IMG/VR virus record: IMGVR_UViG_3300031953_000085
Span: 1-28,044 of that record
From: a virus
Lineage: Duplodnaviria; Caudoviricetes
Length of the DNA stretch: 28,044 nucleotides
Reading direction: 5' to 3' (one strand)
The translations under genes and the position numbers were made by a program. Below, piece after piece: positions 14,904-24,333 of the stretch; position 1 is the first letter of the stretch; each line of letters begins with the position of its first letter. The notes under the pieces were generated by a model. It was given only the letters and a program-made list of their open reading frames with translations. It did not search any database and was not told where the DNA came from.

Positions 14904-15997
14904 GATTCCTCCGCCACAATCAGGGACACCTGCACGCCGGCGAGCGGGTCCAAGGGAATTTCCATCTCGGTTACCTCCCCCATCGCCGCGCGGCCGGTGC
15001 GCGGGTCACGGATCCATCCGACGTCGCCGAGCTCGAGGAGTATTGCTTCGGGGCCGCACACGACTTCGATGACACGGGAACGCCCCGACGAGAGCCGGGC
15101 GAGCATCGTGTCAGCCGCGGCGTCGACAGCTCCCTGCGTTTCGTAGATCGGGGATGCGGCCTTATAGGTGCGGCCTCCCGCGCGGGATACAGCGCGCGGA
15201 TTCGATGCGTCCGTAATCGACCGGAATGCCACGAGGTCGTTGTTGGAGCTGGACCGCACCTGCACCTGATTGATGAAGTCGTTCGACATGTCGTCAGCCC
15301 ACTCAATGACGCCCTCGATGTCGAATGCTTTGGTGGTGACGGTCAGCCACCCATCGGTGAGTCGGGGCCGGAGCACACCTTCGCGGGTGAGGTGCGGTGT
15401 GCCGCCGAGGATGGCGCACAGTGCCGTGATCGCACCCAGCCGGGAGTCGTACACCGTGCTCGGCGGCACGGGCCGGTCAGCGAGGGACTCCTGCACGGGG
15501 ACGGGGCAGATGCGTCGCAGCTCCTGATACACGCTGTTGCCGGGTTTCGGCGATTCGACCTGCAGGAAATCGTCGGCGCGCATCGCCTCGAACCGATCGT
15601 TGACCTTGAGGCTCACCTTCCAGCTGGTGACGATGGAGCGGGCGCCGTAGACCTCGTGGTGCTCGTCGGAATCGTACGCGCGCTGGATCGGGTACCGGCC
15701 GAGGGGAATGTCCCACGACTGGTCCCCAATCATCACGGTGCGCCAGATCGCCAGCTCTTGCCCGTACGTGCCGAGCGGGTCGGTCGCGAAGCGAGGGACG
15801 AGGGACCCGGAGGAACCGAGCGCGAGGACCGTGCCTTGCGCCTGGACCTCCGCAGCCCCGTCGAACCGGATCGACCCGTTTGTGTCGAGGCGCACTGTCG
15901 GGGCCGTCATCGCGCCCATGTAGAACGCGGAGCAGTGCACATCGCCTCCCTGGTGCGTTTTCAGGGCGCGGTGCACCTCCTCACTGACCTGCAGCAT
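14900..15997 (-). CDS. minor tail/baseplate hub-like protein
   Basis: Second gene after the tape measure; DPLGTYGQEL...IPLGRY...LELGDV. Confidence 0.7.
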   Translation of the reverse strand: MLQVSEEVHRALKTHQGGDVHCSAFYMGAMTAPTVRLDTNGSIRFDGAAEVQAQGTVLALGSSGSLVPRFATDPLGTYGQELAIWRTVMIGDQSWDIPLGRYPIQRAYDSDEHHEVYGARSIVTSWKVSLKVNDRFEAMRADDFLQVESPKPGNSVYQELRRICPVPVQESLADRPVPPSTVYDSRLGAITALCAILGGTPHLTREGVLRPRLTDGWLTVTTKAFDIEGVIEWADDMSNDFINQVQVRSSSNNDLVAFRSITDASNPRAVSRAGGRTYKAASPIYETQGAVDAAADTMLARLSSGRSRVIEVVCGPEAILLELGDVGWIRDPRTGRAAMGEVTEMEIPLDPLAGVQVSLIVAEES

Positions 15998-17368
15998 TTA
16001 GGCCTCCCGGGGCGGGTTGTCTATGGCGTCGAGCCAGTTCGTGTACGCGGCGTTGAACTCTGGCCAGGTGGGGAACGCGTCAATGTAGGCCTGCCATGTG
16101 ACGACGGGCACGATGATGTCGAAGTCCGTGCGCGTGACTTCCGCGCCAGACAAATCCCACCCGGTGAACAGCGACCCGTACTGCGCCTCCCACACGCTGC
16201 GATTGGGCTGGCCGATCGCGACGTTCAGCAGCCGCGGGATGCGGTGCGGCGGGGACGATCGCACCAGGACGATGGTGCGCAAGAGGATGCGGTCGAGCAG
16301 CGACGCGTCGGTGAGGCTCTCCGTACTGCACCGCAGCGACACGTCCTCAAGCAATCCCATGGAACCCATCAGGGCGATCGTCGTGTCCCCGAGGTTGACG
16401 AGGCGCATCTGTCGTGTGCGGGACAGCGTCGCGCCGAATTCCGCATCGGCATGCACCGGGACTTGTGAGAGCGGGTCCAGCGGGTCGCTGATCCACACCG
16501 TGAGCGGGTCCCCGTCGAGGAACGTTTCCGCGGATTCCGTGAATCCCACGCTCACGCCGCCGGCGTCGAACTGCTCCGCCTTGTACGTGACCGGGACCCC
16601 GATAGGCGGGGCGTAGTCGACGATGGAGAACCCACCGACTGCGAATTCCTTGGTGGCATTGCGAACAGGGACCGTGCCGTCCTCCGATATGGCAATGACG
16701 GTGACCTCGACGGCGGCCGTGTGCAGCGTGTCGAAGAAGATGTTCACCCGCGGCCCCGGGTCTCGGTCGCCGTGGGGGGTGAGGATCGGATAAGTGAAGA
16801 GCCGGTCCGATGCCGACGCGTTCGCGGTGCCCACCCATTCCGACGACGCCGATGATCCGTCGAACCACTCGATCACGCCGGGGGTTTGCGTGGCCGACGC
16901 CTTCGACGCCTGCAGGGTGTCGGCCGCACTCCACGCTGATCCGGCGGTGAGATCCACGGATGCCGCGATGCTTACCGTCGCGGCGTTCGCGGGAACTTCG
17001 CCGACGGTTGCCCCGGCGAAGGTGATGCGAGTGGCCACCCCGGCCGGCACGAACTTGTTTTCCCCGTATGTGGTGCTGATCGGGGTGCCGTCAGACGTAA
17101 GGAACGTCGCCACGAGCTTCATTACCTGATCGCGTGATGCCCGCACGTGGATTCCCAGCGACACAGTGTCGCCAGGGGTGACGGCCTGCAGGATCTTCGC
17201 GACGGCGCCCGGTGTGGACGCCGCCGTGAAGGTGAGCTGCACAAGCCCCGCATTTTCGAACCCTGTCGTTGCCGCCGAAAAGTCAGCGGTGCCGTCTGCC
17301 TCTGCGCTCCACCCTGTGGAGTTGACGCGCAGGGACGGGTTCGTGATGATGTCGCGAATGCGAGGCAT
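15998..17368 (-). CDS. distal tail-like protein with N-terminal carbohydrate-binding-like module
   Basis: First gene after the tape measure; ITNPS...TGW and WFDGS...WVGTANAS motifs. Confidence 0.7.
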   Translation of the reverse strand: MPRIRDIITNPSLRVNSTGWSAEADGTADFSAATTGFENAGLVQLTFTAASTPGAVAKILQAVTPGDTVSLGIHVRASRDQVMKLVATFLTSDGTPISTTYGENKFVPAGVATRITFAGATVGEVPANAATVSIAASVDLTAGSAWSAADTLQASKASATQTPGVIEWFDGSSASSEWVGTANASASDRLFTYPILTPHGDRDPGPRVNIFFDTLHTAAVEVTVIAISEDGTVPVRNATKEFAVGGFSIVDYAPPIGVPVTYKAEQFDAGGVSVGFTESAETFLDGDPLTVWISDPLDPLSQVPVHADAEFGATLSRTRQMRLVNLGDTTIALMGSMGLLEDVSLRCSTESLTDASLLDRILLRTIVLVRSSPPHRIPRLLNVAIGQPNRSVWEAQYGSLFTGWDLSGAEVTRTDFDIIVPVVTWQAYIDAFPTWPEFNAAYTNWLDAIDNPPREA

Positions 17369-20300
17369 TAGTTACCTTCCCTGTAGCCGGCTTTGCGGGT
17401 GTCTTCTTCTTCGTCGAGCACGGAGGCGACGACAGCGCGCATGACGCCCTTGAGCCCGTTGCCGAGGTCGAGGGTGCCGGTGAGCTGCATGCCCTTCATG
17501 GATCGGGTGGCGGCAGGTGAGGAGCCTGACGAGCCGTTCGCGAACGACTTCGCGCCGGCGGGCACCAACTGGTACCCGAACCGGTCGGCGATGTCGGCGA
17601 GGATCGCGGTGGAGCGACCTCGCTTGGACTGGGCCAGGGGGATGTACCCCTCGCCTTCCGTTTCCGGTTCCGCCCACACGCGCATGGTGCCGGCCTTGGC
17701 GATCTGAGCGACGTGCCGCTCAGATGTGCCGCCGTTGGCGAAGTACTGGACCACGCCGCCGTTGGCCTGGTTGATCGTGCTCTTGAGCACGCCGAGGCCG
17801 TTCCCGTACGAACCGGGTGCGGGACTGTTGAGCTTCGCGTACCCGTCGAAGAGCAGCTGCAGTTTGTACGCCGCGCTCGACGTGTTGATGTTCACGACAG
17901 GGTTCAGGCTCTCGATCTTGAGCCCATACTCGGTCATGATCTCCGCGACCGTGGCCGTGCCCGCTGACAGCTTCCCGGCGATCTCGTTGGCTGCGCCCTG
18001 CCCGAGCTGGGCAGCCGCTGCGGCTATGACCGTCTTGGAGTCCGTCAGCTTCTGAGCGAACGCGCCCGTGGCCGCTGCCGATCGTTCAGCGAACAGCCCC
18101 TCCATGCGTGCGAGCTCTTCATCCGAGGCATTGACCAGGTTGGCGACGAGGGGCGCGCCCTCCGGGCCCATTTTCTGCAGCTCGTCGAGGGTGCCCTGCG
18201 ACACCTTCCCGGCCAGCGCGATCATGTTCGATTCCCAGTTGGTCTGGGCGTCGACCATGGTCTGCAGCTCGGTCAGGTATTGCTCCGTCGTCAGCTCAAA
18301 GCCACCGATGAAGTCTTCCCACGTGTCTGAGGTGTCTTCGGTGGCGTCAGCGGCAGACTGCGCGTATTCCTGATTCTTGGCCATGGCGTTGTCGAGCGCC
18401 CCGCCAGTGTCGACGAATGCGGCGTCGGAGTTGCTGAGGCTGGCGATCCATTCGTCGTTGGCGGCCGTCGCTGCCTCCGTCGCGGCTATGACCGCTTCGG
18501 TTGGCTCCGTGGAGCTCTTCATCGCGTCCCGGTGTTCTTCCCAGGCAGTCTTTGCTTCCGCGAGTTTGCCCTTTGTTCCGGAGATCGCACCCTCTACGTC
18601 TTGGAACGACTTGTTGAGCACTGAGCTCGTTACGCCTGTCCGGTCAGCTTCTGCCCGGTGCGCGGCGAGATTCGCGTTCACGATCTCCAGTGCATCGCCC
18701 TCGCCGAGGATCGCGTCGGTCATCGTCCCGAGACTGATGCCGAGGAGCTTCGCGGTCCGTCCTACACCGGACGATTGCAGTTCGTTGAGAACGGCCTCGC
18801 GCGTGTTCTTCGTGAACGCGCCGGTGTTCTCGTCCAGGGATGTGGTGTACGAATCCATGACAGCTTTGCTGTCGGCCGCCTTCTTCGCGAAGGCGCCGAG
18901 CACGACGGCCGCAGCGGTAAGCACGAGCCCTACAGCTCCGCCGGCGGTAGCGGTGCCCCGCATAGTGCTATTCAGGGTGGTCAGCGCCGCACGGAATGCG
19001 ACGATCTTCGGGACGGCGAGCAGGAACGTGCCGCCGAGCAGCAGAGCGGCGCCGGTAGCGATACCGATGGTCTGCACGTTTCCCTGCACGCTCTCGTCGA
19101 GGGACCCGTACCAGTCGGTGAGGCCGATGAGGACCTGCACCATGTCGCGCAGAGTCCCGTTGGCCTGACCGCCGGTCTTGATGAGGATCGAGTCCATGGA
19201 ACCGCCGAGCAGTTCGATGTCGCCGAGGAGGTTATTCGTCTTGTCAGAGGCCTGCTTCGCAGCGAACCCCTGATCGTCGACGTTGTCCGTCCACTCCTTG
19301 ACGCCTTTCGCTCCCGACTTATAGAGGATTCCGGCGGCGCTTGCCGCTTCCGCGCCGAAGATGGCACCGAGGGCAGCGGATCGCGTCTGCTCGTCGAGGC
19401 CGCCGAGGCCGTTCTGCAGCTGCTCAGCGGCGCCTTCCATGCCGATGAAGTTGCCGGAGGCATCGAACACGTTGATGCCGTATTTCTTCATCTCCTCGGC
19501 GCCCTTGGCGACCGGGGCGGTGAGGGAAGAGATCACGCTGCGCAGCCCGGTACCGGCCTTCTCGCCGAGCAGACCGTTCGCAGCCAGCAGTGCCAGCGTG
19601 CCCACGGTTTCCTCGAGCGGGATGTTGAGGCGGGCGAAGGTGACACCGACGTACCCGAGGCCGAGAGAGAGGTCTTCGACCGAGCCTTGAGCCTTGCCAG
19701 CGCCGGCGGCGAGCAGGTCGGCGACGTGCCCGGCCTGGTCACCCTTGAGCCCGAAGACAGACAGAGTCGTGGCAGCAATTTCAGCGGCCCGCGCGACTTC
19801 GAGTTCACCCGCGGCTGCGAGTGCCAGGGATCCTTTCAGCCCGCCGCCGAGGATGTCGCTGACAGCGACGCCGGCCTTCGCAAGCTCGGTCTGTGCGTCT
19901 GCGGCTTCTTTCGCCGAGTAGATCGACGCGGCGCCCTGCTCGATCGCGGACTCTTTGAGGAGCTTCTGCTGCTCGATGTTCGCTTGCGTCGCGGCCACCG
20001 TCTTCGAGCTGGCCTCGTCGAACTTCGCGTACGTGCCCACGGTGAGCGCGGCCATCGTGAGAAGGGCCGCGCCGATGCCGACCGCAGCGACGCCGACAGT
20101 CTTGGCGGCATCCTCCGATTTCTTCTTGAGCTCTGCGACCTCGGCGGCGGTCTGCTTCACCTTGGGGGTGGCGGTGGCTGCCTCGTCGCCGAGCTTCTTC
20201 GTCGCCGTGCCCGCGCCCTCGACGGGTGCCTTGGCATCCTTGCTGGCCTTGCCGGTCTTGTCGACCTCGGTGCCGAGCGGTGCGACCTTCTTCGACGACG

Positions 20301-20415
20301 TTTCGGCGGACTTGCCGAGGTCGTCGATGGCCTTATCGGCGGCTTTCGCGTCCCGTTGGAATACCTCCGCTCCCATCATTTGGAGGGCGAAGCTGATTGC
20401 GCCTGCGTTGAACAC
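17368..20415 (-). CDS. tape measure protein (TP901-like core)
   Basis: 1015 aa, Ala-rich and helical; SAKEAADAQTELAKAG, GEKAGTGLR and AIFGAEA motifs; C-terminal ANGG...WAEPETEGEGYIPL. Confidence 0.93.
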   Translation of the reverse strand: MFNAGAISFALQMMGAEVFQRDAKAADKAIDDLGKSAETSSKKVAPLGTEVDKTGKASKDAKAPVEGAGTATKKLGDEAATATPKVKQTAAEVAELKKKSEDAAKTVGVAAVGIGAALLTMAALTVGTYAKFDEASSKTVAATQANIEQQKLLKESAIEQGAASIYSAKEAADAQTELAKAGVAVSDILGGGLKGSLALAAAGELEVARAAEIAATTLSVFGLKGDQAGHVADLLAAGAGKAQGSVEDLSLGLGYVGVTFARLNIPLEETVGTLALLAANGLLGEKAGTGLRSVISSLTAPVAKGAEEMKKYGINVFDASGNFIGMEGAAEQLQNGLGGLDEQTRSAALGAIFGAEAASAAGILYKSGAKGVKEWTDNVDDQGFAAKQASDKTNNLLGDIELLGGSMDSILIKTGGQANGTLRDMVQVLIGLTDWYGSLDESVQGNVQTIGIATGAALLLGGTFLLAVPKIVAFRAALTTLNSTMRGTATAGGAVGLVLTAAAVVLGAFAKKAADSKAVMDSYTTSLDENTGAFTKNTREAVLNELQSSGVGRTAKLLGISLGTMTDAILGEGDALEIVNANLAAHRAEADRTGVTSSVLNKSFQDVEGAISGTKGKLAEAKTAWEEHRDAMKSSTEPTEAVIAATEAATAANDEWIASLSNSDAAFVDTGGALDNAMAKNQEYAQSAADATEDTSDTWEDFIGGFELTTEQYLTELQTMVDAQTNWESNMIALAGKVSQGTLDELQKMGPEGAPLVANLVNASDEELARMEGLFAERSAAATGAFAQKLTDSKTVIAAAAAQLGQGAANEIAGKLSAGTATVAEIMTEYGLKIESLNPVVNINTSSAAYKLQLLFDGYAKLNSPAPGSYGNGLGVLKSTINQANGGVVQYFANGGTSERHVAQIAKAGTMRVWAEPETEGEGYIPLAQSKRGRSTAILADIADRFGYQLVPAGAKSFANGSSGSSPAATRSMKGMQLTGTLDLGNGLKGVMRAVVASVLDEEEDTRKAGYREGN

Positions 20416-20800
20416 CGGCCATCACCTCTTTCTGTAGCCAGGACGGCTCGGGGTCGTCGATGAGGCGGTGAATGGCGGACCGCACGAAATGCCATGTGCG
20501 GGTATCGAGCGCCCGGTCAAGGTCCGGGATGAGTCCGTGCTGGGCGAGGTCGAGTTCGACCTCGCCGAAGAGCTGCGGAAGCGCGAGGCCGTACAGCTCT
20601 ACTGCGGTGATGCTCCGGGCGTCGTGGTCGACTGCTTCGGTTTGCGCGACCGCTTGTTGGCCGGCAGCCGCTCGGAGGCTGTAGTACTCGCTGCGGTAGG
20701 CGGGGTAGGTGCCTGTAACTGGATCAGGTGTTCCAATGCCGTACTTGGCGCGGTCTGCGTTAGTGAGATTCCCAAACTCATGGTCAGGAGCAGGAGTGCT
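20333..20800 (-). CDS. -1 frameshift extension of the tail assembly chaperone (gpGT-like)
   Basis: Slippery GCA AAA AAA at 20808-20800; the -1 frame is open for 155 codons (STPAPDHEF...DLDRALDTRTWHFVRSAIHRL...) to TAA at 20335-20333. Confidence 0.8.
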   Translation of the reverse strand, partial: STPAPDHEFGNLTNADRAKYGIGTPDPVTGTYPAYRSEYYSLRAAAGQQAVAQTEAVDHDARSITAVELYGLALPQLFGEVELDLAQHGLIPDLDRALDTRTWHFVRSAIHRLIDDPEPSWLQKEVMAGVQRRRNQLRPPNDGSGGIPTGRESRR

Positions 20801-21135
20801 TTTTTTGCGCCGGCCATGCCTTCACCGCCGCTCAGGTAGGCGTTGACGCCGTCCATGCCAAGGACGGTCTGCCAGTAGAACGCTGGCAGCAGAACGCTCT
20901 GACCCTCGCTGAGGCTGAGTTCGTCCTGCACTCGCTCGTACACGGCGGCGCCGACGGCCTCTTCGAGCACAGCTTCCATCTCGGAGCCGGGCCGTTGACT
21001 GGCGACGATCTCGATGAAGAGGTTCGTGAGCGCCTGGCCGCGTCGGCCGCCGAGCGGGGGAATGATGAAGGGCTCTTCGATGCCGTCGATGTGGATGGCG
21101 AGGTTGCGGCCTTGGAGTGTGGCGGTGGTGGTCAT
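20599..21135 (-). CDS. tail assembly chaperone (gpG-like)
   Basis: Between major tail and tape measure genes; contains the A7 slippery run. Confidence 0.85.
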   Translation of the reverse strand: MTTTATLQGRNLAIHIDGIEEPFIIPPLGGRRGQALTNLFIEIVASQRPGSEMEAVLEEAVGAAVYERVQDELSLSEGQSVLLPAFYWQTVLGMDGVNAYLSGGEGMAGAKKALLLLTMSLGISLTQTAPSTALEHLIQLQAPTPPTAASTTASERLPANKRSRKPKQSTTTPGASPQ

Positions 21136-21173
21136 GAGGTATCCCTGCAGATAGGTCGTGCGGATGGTGTGGG

Positions 21174-21201
21174 GCCGGGCGGCCAGTGATGACCGCCCGG
21201 C
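21174..21201 (-). terminator. hairpin after the major tail gene
   Basis: GCCGGGCGGCCA-gtga-TGACCGCCCGGC. Confidence 0.6.
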
Positions 21202-21208
21202 AGGGGTG

Positions 21209-21955
21209 CTACGCCCGGGTGTAGGGCAGTGCGACGCTGACGCCGATGGCGTTGGTCAGCACGATCGGCGCGGACCCGGCGGTGCCGGTGGGGACCTCGA
21301 GCACGACGATGTTCGGCTCGCCCGGGATCTGCTCGATCGACGTGACCGCGACGCCGCCGATGGTCGCTGCGGTGATCGCGTCGACCTTGTAACCGCGGAC
21401 GTAGACGTTCTCGCTCGCAGCGGCGAGGGTGGGAAGCGCCGACTCGGCGACGGGAACCCCAGTGCCGGCGATCGGCGACTCGACGTCGCGCACGACACCG
21501 TTCGACGTGAGCGTGAACGTGTATCCGCCCTTGTCTGCGTAGCCGGTGGTGAGGTCGGCGACAGTGACGGTGAAGTTGCCTTCGATCGCACCGAGCGCGG
21601 GGTCCTTCGCGTCGAACACCTGCACGTCGACGGCGTTCGCGGCGCCGGTGGCCTTGGCGATTCCGAGCAGGGCGACGAGCCACGTCTGCGCGATGGCGCC
21701 CGTGTTGTCGCGAACCGCTTCTGCGGCGAAGCTGACCACGTAGTTGTCGCCGAGCTTGGACTCCGAGGTGCGGCCCTTGTTGCCGTAGTTCTCGCGGGTG
21801 ACGACGATCTTGGTGGGGACTGCGGCGAGCGCGTTGACGTCGCCGGTGATGTTCTCCCAGGCACCGGTCCGCTTGACGCGGATGATCTTCTCGTGTGCGA
21901 GGGCGAGGGTGCCTTCGGTCTGGACGGTGGTGTCGTACAAGGTTGAATCGGCCAC
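21209..21955 (-). CDS. major tail protein with C-terminal Ig-like (IPT/TIG-like) domain
   Basis: Synteny; RBS AGGAG; ends VYVRG...TIGGV...VPTGTAGSAPIVLTN. Confidence 0.8.
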   Translation of the reverse strand: MADSTLYDTTVQTEGTLALAHEKIIRVKRTGAWENITGDVNALAAVPTKIVVTRENYGNKGRTSESKLGDNYVVSFAAEAVRDNTGAIAQTWLVALLGIAKATGAANAVDVQVFDAKDPALGAIEGNFTVTVADLTTGYADKGGYTFTLTSNGVVRDVESPIAGTGVPVAESALPTLAAASENVYVRGYKVDAITAATIGGVAVTSIEQIPGEPNIVVLEVPTGTAGSAPIVLTNAIGVSVALPYTRA

Positions 21956-22056
21956 GTGGGTCTCCTAAACGTGTGATGGCTGAGGCCCGTGTGGGCCGTG
22001 GTCTGGCGGGGTCGCCAGTAGGCGCCACCGGGTGGTGACGCTGGAATGTGGGGGTA

Positions 22057-22488
22057 TTAGGCGAGCGGGCGGCGCCCAGTGAAGTGGTACGTGGCCGATA
22101 CGGCGCAGCGCCCGGACGAGTCAGCCGATAGCGTGAGCGACGAGAACAGCTCGCACCACGCGACATTCATCCCGGGCGGCACGTTCTGCTTCTGGTCCAT
22201 CGCGGCTTCGATCAGCGCGGCGAAGTTCTCCGCGGCGATCCTCGACCCCTTGACCCGGGACATGATCTGCACGCGGTACAGCATGTTCGCGCGTCCGGAA
22301 GCGATCGGCTGCAGCCACGAGAGCACGATGGCGTTGTCGTTCGTCGTCGGCATTTCCGGCCCATTGGTGTAGATGCCACGGTCGGTCGATGCGTAGTTAC
22401 TGGTGGAGTACACGCCGACGCCCTGGTCTGCGAGGTGCTGGGCAAGGGCCCGGCGGAAGATGATCGGGTAAGCGTCAGGATCCGCCAC
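22057..22488 (-). CDS. tail terminator
   Basis: LAQHLADQGVG...MP...VQIMSR...DSSGR pattern; synteny. Confidence 0.75.
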   Translation of the reverse strand: MADPDAYPIIFRRALAQHLADQGVGVYSTSNYASTDRGIYTNGPEMPTTNDNAIVLSWLQPIASGRANMLYRVQIMSRVKGSRIAAENFAALIEAAMDQKQNVPPGMNVAWCELFSSLTLSADSSGRCAVSATYHFTGRRPLA

Positions 22489-22885
22489 GGTTCACCTCCG
22501 TCTCAACGATCTTGCGCAGCTCGTCGGCGTTCTGCAGGGCAGGGTCCGAGAGGTAGTGCGACTTGCGGCCGTTCTGAAAATTCGAGTTGCCCTTGTAGTG
22601 GCGTCCGAGGTTGTCGACGAGTTCGCCGTCCTCGTGCCACCGGGCCGCGTAGCTGGTGGAGTAAGTGACAAGGCTCTCGTCGCCGAGGGCCTTCGCGGGT
22701 ACGACATCGCCCGACGCGACGAGAGTGCCGCCGCCGCCCGAGTCGAGCGGGGCCTCAGCAGCAGACAGCGCGAGCAACCGTTCAGCGGCGAGGTTCTGCC
22801 CCTTGACAGCAGCGAGCAGCATGTTCGCGACCACTCCGTCCAGGTTGCTGGTGATGGTCACAGCTGCGCGGATCTGGCCTGCCAT
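22475..22885 (-). CDS. neck/tail completion protein (HK97 gp10-like)
   Basis: APLDSGGGGTLVASG...YSTSYAARWHE...HYL pattern. Confidence 0.7.
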   Translation of the reverse strand: MAGQIRAAVTITSNLDGVVANMLLAAVKGQNLAAERLLALSAAEAPLDSGGGGTLVASGDVVPAKALGDESLVTYSTSYAARWHEDGELVDNLGRHYKGNSNFQNGRKSHYLSDPALQNADELRKIVETEVNRGGS

Positions 22886-22898
22886 GGTGCCTCCTAGA

Positions 22899-23504
22899 TC
22901 ATTGTTGGTATGAAACCTCCGCGATGACTCGCGCGATGGTGGCCTGCGTGACGCCGAGGTCGCGCCCGAGTGCCGACATGGAAACGGTCCCCGTGGCGAA
23001 CTCTGTCTTTATCCGTGCGACATCGGCGAGTGTGAGCTTCGCCATTACGTTGCGGGTGCCGCGAACGTCGCGGGCCTTAGAAACCATGTCGTCATGATTG
23101 GCCTTATGGCTACCGAGGAAGATATGCGCCGGGTTCATGCACGGAGGGTTGTCGCATCGGTGCAGGGCAAGCATCCCCTCCGGGATGAGTCCGAAGTAGG
23201 CCTCGTAGGAAACGCGATGCGCCACGACGATCTTCTGTTTCCCTACACAGCACCTTCCATACCCCGACTTCAATCGGGATCCGCGCCATTCCCAGCACTC
23301 GCCCAAATCTTCACGCCGAACCACGCAGTCCCACCCGACGCGCTCAAGCCGTTCGGCGAGCGTTGCGGTCGGGGATGCAGTACGAGCGCCGGGGGCGCCC
23401 GTTGAGCCATTGCGCCTGAGGCGGTTGTAGTGCATGGGGCAAAGGCCGCGGGACTCGCCTCTGGTCCTGTCACAGCCTTCGATTGAACAGGTACGATTGC
23501 TCAT
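22899..23504 (-). CDS. free-standing HNH endonuclease
   Basis: N-terminal CSIEGC...GLCPMHY, then CWEWRG...GYG...AHRVSY...HRCDNPPCMNPAHIFLGSHKANHDDM, and a C-terminal HTH. Confidence 0.92.
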   Translation of the reverse strand: MSNRTCSIEGCDRTRGESRGLCPMHYNRLRRNGSTGAPGARTASPTATLAERLERVGWDCVVRREDLGECWEWRGSRLKSGYGRCCVGKQKIVVAHRVSYEAYFGLIPEGMLALHRCDNPPCMNPAHIFLGSHKANHDDMVSKARDVRGTRNVMAKLTLADVARIKTEFATGTVSMSALGRDLGVTQATIARVIAEVSYQQ

Positions 23505-23506
23505 AT

Positions 23507-23577
23507 CAACTCCTTACCGAGTTGGTCATGCCCCCGGACGTTGACGCGTCGCGGGGGTCTTTGCTGCCTACATTCTA
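23507..23577 (-). promoter_or_regulatory. HNH gene promoter and structured leader
   Basis: -10 TAGAAT (23572-23577); hairpin at 23531-23557; stem CAACTC-ggtaag-GAGTTG that sequesters the RBS AAGGAG. Confidence 0.7.
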
Positions 23578-23582
23578 CCGGG

Positions 23583-23921
23583 TCAAATGTAGATTTCGAC
23601 GTGGTTTGGGGTGCCCCGGTAATCGAAGAGGGCCGAGTTGAGCACTTCCATCTCGTGCTCGCGGGGAGTGCCGGCCCACACGGTGACGCGGGAGCGCGGC
23701 AGGGTGTCGTCGGCGACGAGCAGGACGACGAACGCGGTCGACGTGATCTCTTGCCCTGCGGTCGGTGAGGTTGAACGGCGGTCGACGACGAGGCGGGACT
23801 TCTGCTCCACGTACGCGGGCGCGGACACGGGGTCGGCCCAGGTCGTGCCCTCGGACCCTTCGCCGGTGAGCCGCACGATGCTGACCGTGTGCGGCAGGTG
23901 GCCCTTGCGCAGGCGAGCCAT
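23583..23921 (-). CDS. head-to-tail stopper
   Basis: HTVSI...G...LVVD...GQEITSTA...SRVT pattern; synteny. Confidence 0.75.
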   Translation of the reverse strand: MARLRKGHLPHTVSIVRLTGEGSEGTTWADPVSAPAYVEQKSRLVVDRRSTSPTAGQEITSTAFVVLLVADDTLPRSRVTVWAGTPREHEMEVLNSALFDYRGTPNHVEIYI

Positions 23922-24331
23922 TACCGGTGCCAGACCGTCGAGCCGCGCAAGCCAACGTTGGCGAGGATCGCGATGGCTCGGGACCCGATGCGGGCCACTG
24001 TCGCCTCACCAGCGCTCTGGCGGGAAGAAGTGGTCCCCAAAGACACGGAACCGATCTTGACCGCGCCTTGCCCCGCTTCTGCGCCAGTCGGGTCCCCTGT
24101 GATGCCCCAGTGCTCAACGATCGCGCACGTGGCTTCGGTGAACGCTGCTGACACGTCGGCGTCGGTGGGGTATCCGTCGTCGTCGGTAGTGAAGATTGAG
24201 CGGGTGGTGAGTGATTCGACCTCGATGGACGCGGCCCGGAGGCGTTTACCGAGGATGATGTCGGTGCCGTCGAACGGTTCCTCTGCGTGCGCGGCGTAGT
24301 CCGCGGCGAGTGCGTAGACGCGCTGGGCCAT
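23921..24331 (-). CDS. head-to-tail adaptor
   Basis: RVYA...LRAAS...ATCAIVEHW...VKIGSVSL pattern; synteny. Confidence 0.75.
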   Translation of the reverse strand: MAQRVYALAADYAAHAEEPFDGTDIILGKRLRAASIEVESLTTRSIFTTDDDGYPTDADVSAAFTEATCAIVEHWGITGDPTGAEAGQGAVKIGSVSLGTTSSRQSAGEATVARIGSRAIAILANVGLRGSTVWHR

Positions 24332-24333
24332 GG

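Noticed and set aside
9385-17368. Diversity-generating retroelement or shufflon acting on tail genes
   Set aside because: No reverse transcriptase, template/variable repeat pair or repeated crossover sites were seen by eye.
18658-20463. 601-aa plus-strand ORF, and likewise 24641..26065 and 26288..28036
   Set aside because: Antisense shadows of the tape measure, minor capsid and capsid/scaffold genes; no motifs.
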